From Octopus vulgaris (Eukaryota), in assembly GCA_951406725.2 (NCBI GenBank), contig OX597815.1, positions 164,858,001 to 164,922,000 of the forward strand: a stretch of DNA of 64,000 nucleotides, written 5' to 3'. The notes beneath the pieces are model-generated. The model was not told where the DNA came from and made no database searches. It saw only the letters and a list, made by a program, of their open reading frames with translations. Positions 62,444 to 64,000 of the stretch are shown here, piece by piece. Position numbers and translations under genes: made by a program. Position 1 is the stretch's first letter. Every line of letters begins with the position of its first letter.

Positions 62444-64000
62444 GTAAAAAAAAAGAAGCTTGTTACAGAGATTTTTATAGAATTTTATCATTTCATCAAA
62501 GAAGCACTAAGTATTAGTCATATTCTCTCATAGATTTAACCTTTTAGCATTTAAACCAGCCATATCCAACTTAAATATTCTGCCTGTTTTATGTTCAAAC
62601 TGGTCACATCTGACCTCTCACACCTACTCTACAATGTCATTCTGAAAATAAACACTTTATTGAAATCCCAAAGCTACAAGATAATACATGATTCATTCAA
62701 AACAATGTGAATAAATAAGCATTACATTTGACAGAGTAATCTGAATGGTAAAGGGTTACATGATCAAATTTGTTGCCAGGAGAGTTTAATTATTATCAAT
62801 AATATTAATACACTAACTTTTTGTTTTTATATGTACCTGTTGTGTGTGTCACACTTACTTCAAAGAAGTGGCAAAGCAAGAGAGAGGAGGACAGAGAGGA
62901 AGTAAGAAAGAATGAGAGAGAGAGAGAGAGTGAAAGAGACTGCGAGTGGTGACGGTGTTCGTTTTGTGTTTTTAAATGTTTATCACATCACAAGAGAAGT
63001 AGATACATATATACATTGTTAAATCAAAAGTGGGAGAGAACAGGGACACAAAGGAAATGAAAGAGAAAGAAGGAAAGTGAGAGAGACAGTAGATACATAA
63101 ATCCAAAGAAAAGTTTATACATAAATACGTACACACAACAAATATTGGATGTCAATTTCACTTTTCATTACCACATGACAATAAAATTAACTCACAAGTG
63201 GCTGAGTACTCCACAGACATGCATAACATTAACGTAGTTCTCATGGAGATTCAGCCTCACACAGAATATGACAAGGCTGGCCCCTTTGAATTACAGCTAC
63301 AATTTGAGACATATATATATGAATGTATTTGTGTGTATAGTTTAGGTTACTTAAAACATGTTTGCAATAATAAGTGTCGTGTGGGGGAAATAAACACAAT
63401 TAACAAACTTTCATTCATAAATCCATTTACCATTTCGTTCTTTTGCATTTCAATCTGTTCATTAAGGTTCTTGGAATATGTACTATGTATTTTAAGGTTA
63501 AATAGTAATTCTGTTTATGTTTGTGTAACCAAGATATTTTGGTTGGATTATTTAGTCTTTGTTGTTACATTACTTTCTATATTCTGTAACAGTCACAATA
63601 TATTTACCTAGGCCTGAATTTTTTGTGGGGAAGCGGCCAGTTGATTAGATCGACCCCAGTACACAACTGATACTTAATTTATCGACCCGAAAGGCAAAGT
63701 CAACCTCGGCAGAACTTGAACTCAGAATGTAAAGATAGACGGTCATAATATACAAACATTTCTCATGGCGCCAGTACACTGTTTACAGATGCTTACATTT
63801 TTAAATATTTTCGGTGAATTTTTCATGGGTCCAGCTAGTAGTTACTATTACAAATATTATTGTTGTTGTTTCATCTGTCTTTACATTCTGAGTTCAAATG
63901 CCACCAAGGTCGACTTTACCTTTCATCCTTTCAGGGTCGATAAATTAAGTACTAGTGAAACAGTGGGGTCGATATGATCGACTAGTTCCCCCCACCCCAT

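Noticed and set aside
32-63977. Remaining 60-150 aa ORFs in the track
   Set aside because: They fall in SINEs, microsatellites or intron read-through of ACC exons; no independent gene signal.

Overview
Eukaryotic, AT-rich, repeat-dense genomic DNA; the SINE/RTE repertoire suggests an octopus or other cephalopod (inference). The whole window lies inside one + strand gene for acetyl-CoA carboxylase (ACC). I traced 34 phase-consistent GT-AG coding exons (3836 nt, about 1278 codons) from the biotin-carrier domain (EVMKM) through the central domain into the carboxyltransferase domain; both ends of the gene are outside the window. The introns hold a near full-length RTE LINE with an uninterrupted APE+RT ORF and an internal C4HC3 finger, a full-length but frameshifted mariner, mariner/hAT/piggyBac/Merlin-type MITEs, a small Helitron, CR1/RTE fragments and several SINE families. 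Top finding 1: a tRNA-headed short element carrying a minimal Penelope-type hammerhead ribozyme motif; two copies are inserted as inverted-5' structures with 12-bp TSDs, suggesting a Penelope-mobilised SINE. Top finding 2: a cluster of frame-preserving candidate microexons (15, 51, 6, 51 nt) in the 10.8-kb intron at the ACC central regulatory loop. Top finding 3: a tandemly amplified putative pseudoknot module in RTE-tailed repeats. Most short ORFs in the track are repeat-derived noise.
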